Positions 37,843 to 46,767 of a stretch of DNA of 64,000 nt are shown here, one piece after another. Location of the stretch: the UHGV virus genome UHGV-0229283; one strand, 5' to 3'. Both the position numbers and the translations under genes were made by a program. The notes below the pieces were generated by a model. The model did not search any database, had not been told where the DNA came from, and saw only the letters and a list, made by a program, of their open reading frames with translations. The number at the start of each line of letters is the position of its first letter. The stretch's first letter is position 1. Source of the stretch: a virus.

Positions 37843-38499
37843 ATGGGTTCATGGCCTTTTCTGATTTATGTGATTGATGTTCTGACTACAGACGGTAATT
37901 ATGGTGGTTGGGTTGCTCTGATGCTTATCTCTGCTCTCGCATACGCCGCCTGCTATTTCGGTCAGAAGATTTATGAAGATCTTGAGAAGAATGGTACAGC
38001 CTTAGGGTATCAGTTCTTCGAAGGTGAAAACCTGATTCTTAACCAAGACTGGAATGGATGTAAGGCCGGGGATACGATTGAAATCGTTACGGTATGGAAC
38101 AGTGATAATACGCTTCGAGTTCGCTTGCCGAATGGAAGGGTCTCCAGCAACGATATTAAGCAGTCCACAATCTACAAAGTAACCCGGAAGGAAGGCCAAT
38201 CAACAACACCTGTTGTGGTAAAGGATGTTACCAAAGGTCCACGTAAGATCGCAGTCTTTGGCATGGTTATATGTTTCCTAGGTATCCTGTACGCTAACTT
38301 TATGCCGCAGAAAGAGACGGCCTATAAGATGCTGGCAGCGTATGTAGGTCAGAATGTGGTTGAGTCACCACGTACACAACAACTGGCGGACAGTACGATC
38401 AAGTATCTTGATGCTCAAATCAAGAAATATACTGATGAGCTTGATGCCACTACGAAAAAAGAAAAGGCAGAGAAATCTAAGGCGGAGGATAAGCAATAA
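37843..38499 (+). CDS. membrane protein (218 aa, N-terminal and mid TM helices)
   Basis: Hydrophobic N-terminus (WPFLIYVIDVL; WVALMLISALAYAACYF) and a mid TM (IAVFGMVICFLGILYANF). Confidence 0.5.
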   Translation: MGSWPFLIYVIDVLTTDGNYGGWVALMLISALAYAACYFGQKIYEDLEKNGTALGYQFFEGENLILNQDWNGCKAGDTIEIVTVWNSDNTLRVRLPNGRVSSNDIKQSTIYKVTRKEGQSTTPVVVKDVTKGPRKIAVFGMVICFLGILYANFMPQKETAYKMLAAYVGQNVVESPRTQQLADSTIKYLDAQIKKYTDELDATTKKEKAEKSKAEDKQ

Positions 38500-38753
38500 T
38501 GGAAAAATACTTAGAGGTTGAAGAGGATACTGAATTTTACCGTGGTCGAGCACAAGTTATGGAATCTTGCTGTAAAGGAATGATTCTTATCCAACTGTGG
38601 ATGACGGATAAGACCACTGATGACCTGGACAGTGCAGGCATTCGTCTCACTCGTACTCAGGCCCGTCAGGTAGCAAACCACCTGAATAATCTGGCAGATC
38701 AACTCTTCTTTGAAGAACAAGAGAGTAAAAAAGGTGCAAATGAAACTATTTGA
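38499..38753 (+). CDS. hypothetical protein (84 aa)
   Basis: Its ATG overlaps the upstream stop. Confidence 0.45.
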   Translation: MEKYLEVEEDTEFYRGRAQVMESCCKGMILIQLWMTDKTTDDLDSAGIRLTRTQARQVANHLNNLADQLFFEEQESKKGANETI

Positions 38754-39093
38754 TCGTAGGCGGATAGCACTTGACTTTGATGATACTTTCACGTTAAATC
38801 CAACCATGTGGCAACACATTGTTGACCTGATGATCATCGAGGGTGATTTTGATGTTCGTTTCGTTACCTTCCGATATCCGACTGATAATAACTCGGACAT
38901 TGAGTTCTGGGCTAATGAGCTGGATATCAAAGTAATCTACTGTGGTGGTGTACAAAAGGCCCAAGTGTGTGCAGAAAACGGCTGGACACCAGATGTCTGG
39001 ATTGATGATATGCCAATCCTGATCCCAATGAAACAACAACTCCAGGGCATGATCCTTGGTATTGAAAAGAACGAGGGTAAGCATGAAAAATAA
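38740..39093 (+). CDS. hypothetical protein (about 117 aa; start at MKLFDRRR)
   Basis: The ATG is preceded by AAAGGTG. Confidence 0.45.
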   Translation: MKLFDRRRIALDFDDTFTLNPTMWQHIVDLMIIEGDFDVRFVTFRYPTDNNSDIEFWANELDIKVIYCGGVQKAQVCAENGWTPDVWIDDMPILIPMKQQLQGMILGIEKNEGKHEK

Positions 39094-39235
39094 AGAAAAG
39101 TATGCAGATAGTCTATATAAGATGCTCTATGATATCTGCAAAGCTCGACCAATAGGAAGCTCAAGAGGCTTCCTGATTGCAAAGGCCAAACGTCTCATCA
39201 AAGAGATTGAAGAAGAGGAAAAACTCAATGGCTAA
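39083..39235 (+). CDS. small hypothetical protein (50 aa, not in the ORF track)
   Basis: An ATG at 39083 is preceded by GAGGGTAAGC. Its stop overlaps the next ATG. Confidence 0.3.
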   Translation: MKNKEKYADSLYKMLYDICKARPIGSSRGFLIAKAKRLIKEIEEEEKLNG

Positions 39236-39638
39236 GTTAGGAAAGCGTGGATATCCAGCACTATACCTGAAAGGCAGTAATGCTTGGTATACCGGGTATG
39301 CCCATGACTGGAAGATGGAAGATAAGGTGGATGTTTCCGATCGTCATGAAATTCGCGAGCTGAAACTCCAGTACACTGGATTCAGTCGTGGTCGTTCTGC
39401 TGCGAATATTGAAATGGTCGATCAAGACGGGAACAAGTTCCTGATGTCAATGTCTGGGTTTGATTTGTTGATGAAAATAGTCGATGCACCAGCAAGTGTC
39501 AAAAGACCAGAAAAGCTTGGTGGGTATGATATTCTCCGCGTCACCCAGCATGGCGGCGGCGGTGTCTGGTACATTGGTTCATTTTGTCAAACAAAACAAG
39601 GCCAGAACTATTTTATTGAACCTGTGGAGGTAAGATGA
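39228..39638 (+). CDS. hypothetical protein (about 136 aa; start at MAKLGKRG)
   Basis: The ATG is preceded by GAGGAAAA. The longer track ORF starts at TTG. Confidence 0.5.
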   Translation: MAKLGKRGYPALYLKGSNAWYTGYAHDWKMEDKVDVSDRHEIRELKLQYTGFSRGRSAANIEMVDQDGNKFLMSMSGFDLLMKIVDAPASVKRPEKLGGYDILRVTQHGGGGVWYIGSFCQTKQGQNYFIEPVEVR

Positions 39639-39793
39639 TGAGCTTGGAAAAACGATCTAAATATTTGGTTTTTAAGTTCTGGGAGACCATGTATGATGTC
39701 TGCTACCTGGTGTTTGGAAACCTCCCGGTAACTTTCGATGTCAAACACAAGATGAATATGGCGTATATGCGCTACCAAATGAAACGTGACTGA
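39635..39793 (+). CDS. small hypothetical protein (52 aa, not in the ORF track)
   Basis: ATGATG with a strong GGAGGTAAG RBS, overlapping the upstream stop. Confidence 0.4.
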   Translation: MMSLEKRSKYLVFKFWETMYDVCYLVFGNLPVTFDVKHKMNMAYMRYQMKRD

Positions 39794-39898
39794 AAAACAG
39801 ATGCTATGATACCCCGTATGATGCGTAGAAACGCCGTGGCGGGGTTTTTAGCACATAAGGTAGGAAAACGTACTGCCTTTTCATAAAACCCCTCAGAA

Positions 39899-40735
39899 TT
39901 GATTACAGGACGCTACACGATGACTACTATTTTAAACACTCTCGAACTTATCCCCCATAACAAGGTTAGTTATGATTTTCCTAACGTGCGCGGCGACCTT
40001 GAAAGGCTTTACCTTGATGCAGTATATGCCCTTGGTGGTGTAGAATTCTCTACTGACGAGACTGATGAGAGGACTTTCAATCAGGCCAAGGCCAGCGTGG
40101 AAAGTGTGCTTGATGACCTTAAGCAATACGCTACAGGTTCAGAGGTTGAAGGGCTTCTCGATTATGCAAAAGACACTGAACGTGCCTTTGTTGAAAGAGG
40201 TGAGTATGTACTCAATGCCATGCGGCGCATGAACAAGTTCAGTAAGGATATCTTAGATATCGACAATACCTGGAACAGAGAAGACATTGCAAATGGTGTT
40301 GCCTGGATCGCAGAGCAACTGGGTGAGATGTTTGATGGAGGCTCCCATATACGGTACATGATGCAGAATCGAGGATGGCGAGACCTGTATCTTGATTACC
40401 TCGTGAACCTTGTCGGTAACCCGGTAGTAGAGGTGCTTGCACATTATTCTTCTGCTCATGATTTGGTGTATGGTGTCGATGGTCGTATCAAGATTTCTGA
40501 TAATACCGTTACACTTATGAATGGCCCTACTTCCTTGGTCCTTTCTCCTATTCCCGGTGATATGCGTATTGTTTACACAGTCCCAGGAAAGACAGAACGG
40601 TTCCTGATTTCTGTATTGAGCACATTTTTCATTGACATTTGTAATCCGACTCCAGATGAGATTCAAATGTATGAGATTTCTACAGGTACAACCTATGATA
40701 TCCGTAAATGGAAGGAGATATTTGGAGGTAGATGA
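39899..40735 (+). CDS. hypothetical protein (278 aa)
   Basis: Co-oriented ORF. Confidence 0.5.
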   Translation: MITGRYTMTTILNTLELIPHNKVSYDFPNVRGDLERLYLDAVYALGGVEFSTDETDERTFNQAKASVESVLDDLKQYATGSEVEGLLDYAKDTERAFVERGEYVLNAMRRMNKFSKDILDIDNTWNREDIANGVAWIAEQLGEMFDGGSHIRYMMQNRGWRDLYLDYLVNLVGNPVVEVLAHYSSAHDLVYGVDGRIKISDNTVTLMNGPTSLVLSPIPGDMRIVYTVPGKTERFLISVLSTFFIDICNPTPDEIQMYEISTGTTYDIRKWKEIFGGR

Positions 40736-41310
40736 TGAATTTAAATTCTGAGATGGAATCAATACCGTCTACAAAACATCGAGGTAAGGTCTGTGGTATA
40801 GGGGTTAACGATGCGCCTTTTACCACCAGTATGCGTAAAGATGGTAAGATGTATCACCACACAGCCTATAAAGATTGGCATAACATGATAAATAGGTGTT
40901 ATAGTGGAAAGTACCCATCTTATCGGGGGGTTGTTGTATCTGAAGAATGGCACCACTTCATGGATTTTTATCTTTGGTGGCAGATGAATTATCATGATGG
41001 TTTTCAACTTGATAAGGACCTCTTTGGTGATAAGTTAAAATACAGCCCTGCAACATGCAGATACATACCTTTGTGGATGAACTGTTCTTTACATGGTGGT
41101 GGTAAACCTGGTGTACATTACCACAAAGCCTCTGGCCTTTATCGCTCAGGAAAGGATGGGATATTTGGTACATTTGAGGATGAGGATTCTGCTTGGAAAG
41201 TTTGGCGTAATAATTTTGTAAATACAAAAGATTATGATATTTGGAACAGCCTGGATATTTCAATCAGGGAGAGATTTTGTAAATTGAAAGACATTTGTAT
41301 GATATTTTAA
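40732..41310 (+). CDS. AP2-like DNA-binding domain protein, paralog 3
   Basis: KVCGIGVNDAPF...YKDWHNMINRCYSGKYPSYRGVVVSEEWHHFMDFYLWW. Confidence 0.5.
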   Translation: MMNLNSEMESIPSTKHRGKVCGIGVNDAPFTTSMRKDGKMYHHTAYKDWHNMINRCYSGKYPSYRGVVVSEEWHHFMDFYLWWQMNYHDGFQLDKDLFGDKLKYSPATCRYIPLWMNCSLHGGGKPGVHYHKASGLYRSGKDGIFGTFEDEDSAWKVWRNNFVNTKDYDIWNSLDISIRERFCKLKDICMIF

Positions 41311-41548
41311 TTTTACATGATATTTTAAAATTCGAAATGGTTTTCAAAATCGTTTTTGAAACGGATTTCATCTTCCCTGCAAATTTTTAAATAAAGAGTT
41401 TTGGGAGTAGGTTATCTCAAACCTTTGTGGAAGCTATGTCGAAAAATGATGCACAAGTGTATGATTGCTATAGGTATCTTGGCATCAAGATTGGACATTT
41501 ATCTCAAATAGGCGAAAAAGATATCTCAAATTTTCAGGTAGAAAACTC

Positions 41549-41760
41549 TGGGTTCTCGATCGACTTTTCGTTTTCAAAAACGTATTTGCTCTCACTATCA
41601 AAAAATTTTTCTCTATATCAACCGGGTTCTCGATCGGTTTTTCAAAATCGAGATCGTAAATGTTTTTTCTCTAGAAAAAATTTTTCGGCCCGGTTCTCGA
41701 TCGAGATCTCAATTTCCAGATCGTATTTGTTTTCTTACGCGAAAAAATTTTTTAGGGGTA
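41549..41760. repeat. three tandem direct repeats of about 70 bp (GGTTCTCGATCG...CGTAWWTG...AAAAAATTTTT)
   Basis: Units begin at 41549, 41622 and 41688. Each starts with GGTTCTCGATCG and ends with an A6T5 tract. They sit in an AT-rich, palindrome-rich intergenic zone. Confidence 0.6.
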
Positions 41761-42131
41761 TCGCTCAGTATATCACATGAAAATCAGAAGTCAATATTTA
41801 AATTTTTTGTTGAATGAGAAGCATTCTTATTTAGTTATTTGAATGATAATCATTCTCATTTGCTGAATGACAGGCACCCCCGGTGTTTTGTACTCCGGTT
41901 TCAATGTTCCCGCTATGTGTATAATATAGGATACACGGCCCCAGGTTGCAAGCGTCTTTACAATTCTTTACAAATAGACTTTAGGCGAGCTACCGGCGAT
42001 CCACCTTCCAACCAGGTCTCCGCGCCTGGTATGTTAGCCCCGCCTTTCCGCCGTGGGGTGGCGTCTCTTCTCCTGTCTGATAAATATAACCCATGTCGGG
42101 GCCGTTTGCAAGCCCCGCGATAAAATATTTT

Positions 42132-42317
42132 TTACTCCCAGGAGTCCGCGAGCACTTCCCCATTTTCCGCTACAATTCTCACCCTGGTAAATCCTGCATT
42201 ATACATTTTCAACGCGAAGGGTAAAGGCACGATCCTAACCTGGGGCGCTGCGCTTTCCGTCTCCCAGGTGGAAAGGGTGACCATTGTCTCACTCGTTGTT
42301 ACTTTTGCGTTTTCCAT
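42132..42317 (-). CDS. small hypothetical protein (61 aa), divergently transcribed from the small-gene cluster
   Basis: It carries the same AAAGGTAAACGAAATG initiation region as the plus-strand cluster, but on the minus strand. Confidence 0.45.
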   Translation of the reverse strand: MENAKVTTSETMVTLSTWETESAAPQVRIVPLPFALKMYNAGFTRVRIVAENGEVLADSWE

Positions 42318-42420
42318 TTCGTTTACCTTTATTTGTGGGCGTCCTTATATAGTACACTAACCAGGCCTGGGCGCAAGCCCACACGAACAAAAATATTTTT
42401 AATTTATTTTCATCCAGGGG

Positions 42421-42449
42421 ATTGACGGCAATTAGTAAAGCGCTTACTA
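42421..42449 (+). promoter_or_regulatory. sigma70-like promoter (TTGACG, 17 bp, TACTAT) for the first cluster gene
   Basis: Hexamers and spacing read directly from the sequence. Confidence 0.5.
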
Positions 42450-42497
42450 TCCATCTCATCAGGTCCCCCGTCGCCCACACTTAAAAGGTAAAATAGA

Positions 42498-42791
42498 ATG
42501 AAAATTTCCGCTAACAAACAATTGATCGACACTGTAAAAAATTATATCCGCCACCCGTATGAGTTCGGTGGGTATCCGAAAATTTTAATTATGCGTGATG
42601 GTGGTTGCCTTTGCTCAAAGTGTACGCATGAAAATTTTACCCGCCTATTGGAAGAATTAAGGGATGAGAGTGATCTGGCATGGATGCCAGCCGATGTGGG
42701 TATTTTCTGGGAAGGTGCGGATTTCCCATGTGGTAATTGCCAGACTCCGATCCCTAGTGCATATGGAGATCCCGAAGAAGAAGAAGAATAA
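42498..42791 (+). CDS. hypothetical Cys-containing protein with acidic tail (97 aa)
   Basis: AAAAGGTAAAATAGAATG initiation region. CLCSKC...CGNC cysteines. DPEEEEE C-terminus. Confidence 0.55.
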   Translation: MKISANKQLIDTVKNYIRHPYEFGGYPKILIMRDGGCLCSKCTHENFTRLLEELRDESDLAWMPADVGIFWEGADFPCGNCQTPIPSAYGDPEEEEE

Positions 42792-42799
42792 ATATTTAA

Positions 42800-42829
42800 T
42801 TGACACGGGCCAGTGTCCGGGGTTACAAT
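42800..42829 (+). promoter_or_regulatory. promoter with -10 (TACAAT) inside hairpin CCGGGGTTACAATCCCCGG
   Basis: TTGACA, then 17 bp, then TTACAAT. A perfect inverted repeat flanks the -10. Confidence 0.45.
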
Positions 42830-42879
42830 CCCCGGACCTGACAATCAAAACAAAAAACTACACAAATCGAGGTTACAAC

Positions 42880-43047
42880 ATGAAAAACATTTCTTTTACT
42901 ACCCGTGACCAGGCCCGCGCTTTTGCCCGTAATGTTAACAGCAAGGTAACCACGGCGGCGCGTTTACGTCAACCTGTTAAAGATGGCGCCGGGCAATGGG
43001 TTATCCCTGGGATCAACCACGGCAAAACCTTATCCCTGGCTAAATAA
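42880..43047 (+). CDS. small hypothetical protein (55 aa)
   Basis: ATG after CGAGGTTACAAC. The longer track ORF starts upstream inside the promoter. Confidence 0.45.
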   Translation: MKNISFTTRDQARAFARNVNSKVTTAARLRQPVKDGAGQWVIPGINHGKTLSLAK

Positions 43048-43140
43048 AATATTTTATCCTGGGCGCTTGCTTTCAGTTAGCGCCTTTGATAAAGTGTTTT
43101 CTCAGGCGGCAAGGGCCGCGATAAATCGAGGTAAAAAGCA

Positions 43141-43926
43141 ATGTCTACGTTTAAACTTAATAATGGTCTGGTTGTCAACTCTGAATCCGAGATCGTGCAT
43201 AGTGTACCTGGTAAAAAATCCACAGCAAAAAAGGGTTATGTATTATATAAAGGCCCGTCAGTCCTGGATAAGGCCCCGATCGTGGTCATTGCTACAATGT
43301 CAACCGCTAACGATAAAACAGGCGACATGGTTCAAACCTGGATCATGCGAGAAGATGTTAGCCCACTGGAAGCAAGCGCGAAAAAACTTGATTCCTCCGT
43401 TTGCGGTATGTGTCCCCATCGTACCAGCTTAAACGGCGCTTGTTATGTGACGCTACACCAGGCCCCACTGTCAGTCTGGAAGTCTTACAAAAAAGGCAAC
43501 TATAAAGACCTTGATTCTCGCGATCTGGTACATTTTGCGGGTCGTCATATTCGTTTAGGTTCCTACGGTGATCCGGCGGCGGTTCCTTTTGAGGTATGGC
43601 AAAACATGATCAACCATACGCAAGGTAATACGGGGTACACTCACCAGATCAACCATAAGAATTTTGATCATCGTATCGCTACCATTTGCCAGATCTCCGC
43701 CGATACGGAAAAACAAGCGATCACAGCATGGCGCAAGGGTTATAAAACTTTTCGCGTGAAAACTCCCAACATGCGCCGCCTGGAAGGGGAGATCACTTGC
43801 GTTAATACAACTCACAATATTAGCTGCTTAGATTGCGGCTTATGCGATGGTAAACGCGCCAACGTCGTGATCGACGTTCACGGCAGATCCGCAAAAAGAT
43901 TCGATAAATTCGAACGTATCATTTGA
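43141..43926 (+). CDS. hypothetical Cys-rich protein (261 aa)
   Basis: CGAGGTAAAAAGCAATG initiation. Several CxxC pairs. Confidence 0.55.
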   Translation: MSTFKLNNGLVVNSESEIVHSVPGKKSTAKKGYVLYKGPSVLDKAPIVVIATMSTANDKTGDMVQTWIMREDVSPLEASAKKLDSSVCGMCPHRTSLNGACYVTLHQAPLSVWKSYKKGNYKDLDSRDLVHFAGRHIRLGSYGDPAAVPFEVWQNMINHTQGNTGYTHQINHKNFDHRIATICQISADTEKQAITAWRKGYKTFRVKTPNMRRLEGEITCVNTTHNISCLDCGLCDGKRANVVIDVHGRSAKRFDKFERII

Positions 43927-43951
43927 CAACCGCCACACGATAACAGATAAT
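43923..43951 (+). promoter_or_regulatory. sigma70-like promoter (TTGACA, 17 bp, GATAAT) followed by 5'-UTR hairpin GCCGGGGAATTCTCCCCGGC
   Basis: Read directly from the sequence. Confidence 0.45.
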
Positions 43952-43999
43952 ACAAATCAGCCGGGGAATTCTCCCCGGCCCTAGCAAGGGTAAAATATC

Positions 44000-44269
44000 A
44001 TGGCAATGAATCTCAGGTCTTTAAAGCTTATGCGCGATTTTAACAAGTGTTTTCACCAGGTCGCCCAGTATGGCGAGTGTATCAGCATATCAAAAGAGGC
44101 CTACAACGTGGATCACTTCCATCACGGCCCTGATTGCCTGATCTCAGTCCTTGTTAAAAAATTTAACTATCTTGGGCATGAATTCACCTTTAAGATCTCA
44201 GATCTTGATAATAAATATTATCTAGCTGGCGATATATGCGCCGCTGGCTGGAAAGATTTAAGAAAATAA
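44000..44269 (+). CDS. hypothetical protein (89 aa)
   Basis: AAGGGTAAAATATCATG initiation region. Confidence 0.5.
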   Translation: MAMNLRSLKLMRDFNKCFHQVAQYGECISISKEAYNVDHFHHGPDCLISVLVKKFNYLGHEFTFKISDLDNKYYLAGDICAAGWKDLRK

Positions 44270-44274
44270 TATTT

Positions 44275-44303
44275 GACACCAGGCCCGGAAAGGGCCTATA
44301 ATT
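44275..44303 (+). promoter_or_regulatory. consensus sigma70 promoter (TTGACA, 17 bp, TATAAT) with hairpin GGCCCGGAAAGGGCC in the spacer
   Basis: Perfect -35 and -10 hexamers at optimal spacing. Confidence 0.6.
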
Positions 44304-44345
44304 ACCAGGCACCAACAAACTAAACACTAAACGAGGTAAAATATC

Positions 44346-44858
44346 ATGGGCTGGACTGGCATTTATTCTAATCTTAATAACAAAAAATTTGTTGAAAATT
44401 ATCTGACTGATAACCGCGTGATCGAAACTTCTGTTGTAGGCAATGAAGTTTATCAACTTGCAAGGGCGAGGGATGAAAGTCTTTACATTCGTGTAACAAT
44501 TCTTTCTCGTAAAGATGGTATGGTCTTTTATAAAGATATGGATGAAACCTGCGGCCCGTGTTATTATAACTGTCCTGAAAAATTCCTTAAGCGATCCATG
44601 CAAAAAGATGAATTTTCCGTTAATTGGCGTGCCGCTTGCCGTAAACATGCCAAATACAAAAAAGAGCAGAAAGCATTGATTGACCGGATCAAGATCCTGA
44701 AAAACGGCGATCGCGTGGAAATGGTATCCGGTCGTGTGGTTGTCTTTGAGTTCCCACATAACCGCGCCCGATTTGCTGGACGCCTGGCGGATGTTGCACC
44801 AGGTAAACAAAATTCTCTTTTTGCATGGTCTTATAAAGACGTTGCAAAGATTCTTTAA
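44346..44858 (+). CDS. hypothetical protein (170 aa)
   Basis: CGAGGTAAAATATCATG initiation region. Confidence 0.55.
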   Translation: MGWTGIYSNLNNKKFVENYLTDNRVIETSVVGNEVYQLARARDESLYIRVTILSRKDGMVFYKDMDETCGPCYYNCPEKFLKRSMQKDEFSVNWRAACRKHAKYKKEQKALIDRIKILKNGDRVEMVSGRVVVFEFPHNRARFAGRLADVAPGKQNSLFAWSYKDVAKIL

Positions 44859-44917
44859 ACCGCTATACTGATTAAAGCCGGGGAATTGTCCCCGGCATAA
44901 CCTAAAAGGTAAACAAA

Positions 44918-45301
44918 ATGGCCTACATGAATAAAGAGAAGAAAGCTAAAATTGTTGAAGCGGTTAAAGCTGTATTGCCGAAGGGTTGGAAAGTTACGTT
45001 TAAAGTAATTCACTATTCTACGATCCGTTGTACCGTTCGATCCGCGCCGTTCAATTTGAATGATGTTTTAGATTTAACAGATTGGGAACGGGAAAACGGG
45101 CACAAGGATTTAAACACATACCACTATGAAAGATATTGCAAAACTCCTGAATTCAAAAAGGCTGTTGGCGAAATCATCGAGGCATTAAATACAGATAATT
45201 ATAACAATAGTGATATAATGACAGATTATTTTGATGTCGGTCACTATATCGGCCTACATTTTGGCGGCCATGATAAGCCATTTAAAAACAGCGCCGCGTA
45301 A
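44918..45301 (+). CDS. hypothetical protein (127 aa)
   Basis: AAAAGGTAAACAAAATG initiation region. Confidence 0.55.
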   Translation: MAYMNKEKKAKIVEAVKAVLPKGWKVTFKVIHYSTIRCTVRSAPFNLNDVLDLTDWERENGHKDLNTYHYERYCKTPEFKKAVGEIIEALNTDNYNNSDIMTDYFDVGHYIGLHFGGHDKPFKNSAA

Positions 45302-45303
45302 TA

Positions 45304-45665
45304 TGAAAGAATTGTTGATTCTACTCATATTTTGTTATTATGCAAAAATTCACGTCAGGATCTGGCGTGTTATAAAATGGTTTTACTACTGGTACAGGGT
45401 TAAAACAATGTTCCACTATATAGAATATCGCTTCCAGGGGGAGGATTACCACACCAGGAGATCCGGGCCGTTAAATGATTTGGAGGGTAGCGGCCTGATT
45501 TGTGAGATTAAACACCGGGGAGGCGTGGTCCTGGTACATAAAGAGGGATCCTTCGACTACATCGAAGAGCTGATCGAATATCGCAAAAAACAGATCGCGG
45601 AATGGCGAGCGGAAACATACAACCACAGGGGATCAAGATATGACAGCAAAAAGCCGCAACTTTGA
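45304..45665 (+). CDS. hypothetical protein (about 120 aa; start at MKELLILL)
   Basis: Its ATG overlaps the upstream stop (TAATATG). The longer track ORF overlaps the preceding gene. Confidence 0.45.
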
Positions 45666-45855
45666 GAAGATGACAAGCCAGCGCGATCGCCTTGCTTTTG
45701 GTGAGACTAACGAGCGGCGCGAGCGTAACAATAAACGGCATAAGCCGGAACGGATCGCGGTTCAATGGTCGCCGGACCAGTATGATCCGAAGCTAAATAA
45801 ACGCATCGCCGATCGTAAGCGTAATTTGCAGCGATACGCCGTAGCAGGTGAATAA
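45640..45855 (+). CDS. hypothetical basic protein (71 aa)
   Basis: R/K-rich. Overlaps the upstream gene end. Confidence 0.45.
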   Translation: MTAKSRNFEKMTSQRDRLAFGETNERRERNNKRHKPERIAVQWSPDQYDPKLNKRIADRKRNLQRYAVAGE

Positions 45856-45860
45856 CCAGT

Positions 45861-45886
45861 CCGGGGAATTATCCCCGGTTTTTTTT
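45861..45886 (+). terminator. rho-independent terminator (CCGGGGAATTATCCCCGG plus T8)
   Basis: A perfect hairpin followed by eight T residues. Confidence 0.65.
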
Positions 45887-46189
45887 ATGCAAAAAAGTGA
45901 ATTTAGCGAGATCTCAGCGTAGCAATGCACTTACCAGGGTTACAGATTGAAGCGCTTAGAATCGATTTGAGGGCGTTTTAGATGGTATCCGATAACCGCG
46001 CCCCGCTCAAAACGTCGCAAATTTAGTTACCGGTTGAAACTAATTGCATAACAGCGATTTTCTATGCACATCACTGCATATGAGAACAGTTCTCAACAAT
46101 TCTTAAAAATATTTGTTGCATCCTGGCGGCGTTATGCTATCCTTTAATCAGTGGCGGAATTCACCGCCACACTGAAAAAGGTAAACACT

Positions 46190-46366
46190 ATGGAAAAGCA
46201 AAACATGTATAAAACGGCCTATAGTTCTGAATTTTGTTGTTATGTTGGGATTAATCGCGCTTGGAAAGATTCAAATGGTAAATGGATTTTTGAGTGTTCA
46301 AATGTGGCAAAGGGCCTAGATAATTTCCTTTTTCGTGAGTCAGAACTAGAAAAATTTTGTCTTTAA
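46190..46366 (+). CDS. small hypothetical protein (58 aa; start MEKQNMYK)
   Basis: AAAAGGTAAACACTATG initiation region. The longer track ORF starts at GTG inside a hairpin. Confidence 0.45.
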   Translation: MEKQNMYKTAYSSEFCCYVGINRAWKDSNGKWIFECSNVAKGLDNFLFRESELEKFCL

Positions 46367-46369
46367 TTG

Positions 46370-46399
46370 TTGACACTGGTTAATGTGTGGGGTTATACT
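46370..46399 (+). promoter_or_regulatory. promoter/operator module copy 1 (TTGACACTGGTTAATGTGTGGGGTTATACT...CACATTGACAAGTG)
   Basis: TTGACA, then 17 bp, then TTATAC. The -10 is flanked by the inverted repeat AATGTGTGG / CCTACACATT. Nearly identical to the module at 47870. Confidence 0.55.
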
Positions 46400-46444
46400 T
46401 CCTACACATTGACAAGTGAAACAAATAACCAAAAGGTAAACAAC

Positions 46445-46729
46445 ATGCAAAACGTAAAATCTGAAATCGCCGCTCTTGAATCAAAATTCCTGGGCAAAAT
46501 GGTGTATCATAACTATGGTCAAATCGCTTTTGGCGTGGTAACCGGAATCGATGATCGCGATCCCAATAAATTACGTTTACGCGTGAAGTTTACCCGCAAC
46601 AATACTCCGGCGCATATCAAAAAATATGACAACCGCGCGGATCGTGTTCGTTGCTTACTCCCTCAATCTGTTACCGTGTCCCGTGTTCAATATGGGATCT
46701 ATAATCAGACAAACCAGATCAACAAATAA
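46445..46729 (+). CDS. hypothetical protein (94 aa; start MQNVKSE)
   Basis: AAAAGGTAAACAACATG initiation region. Confidence 0.5.
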   Translation: MQNVKSEIAALESKFLGKMVYHNYGQIAFGVVTGIDDRDPNKLRLRVKFTRNNTPAHIKKYDNRADRVRCLLPQSVTVSRVQYGIYNQTNQINK

Positions 46730-46767
46730 TCAATAGCGGGGCCTTGCGCCCCATTAAGGCGGCTACC

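Noticed and set aside
41427-41780. 117 aa ORF spanning the 70 bp tandem repeats
   Set aside because: The reading frame is generated by the repeats themselves. The translation is repetitive (FSIDFSFSKTYLLSLSKNFSLY...) and there is no RBS.
41839-42123. 94 aa plus-strand ORF
   Set aside because: It has no RBS and a Pro/Arg-rich odd composition. It overlaps a region better explained as a terminated noncoding transcript.
42289-42480. 63 aa minus-strand ORF
   Set aside because: It overlaps the promoter of the 42498 gene and the RBS region of the 42132-42317 gene. This is probably spurious.
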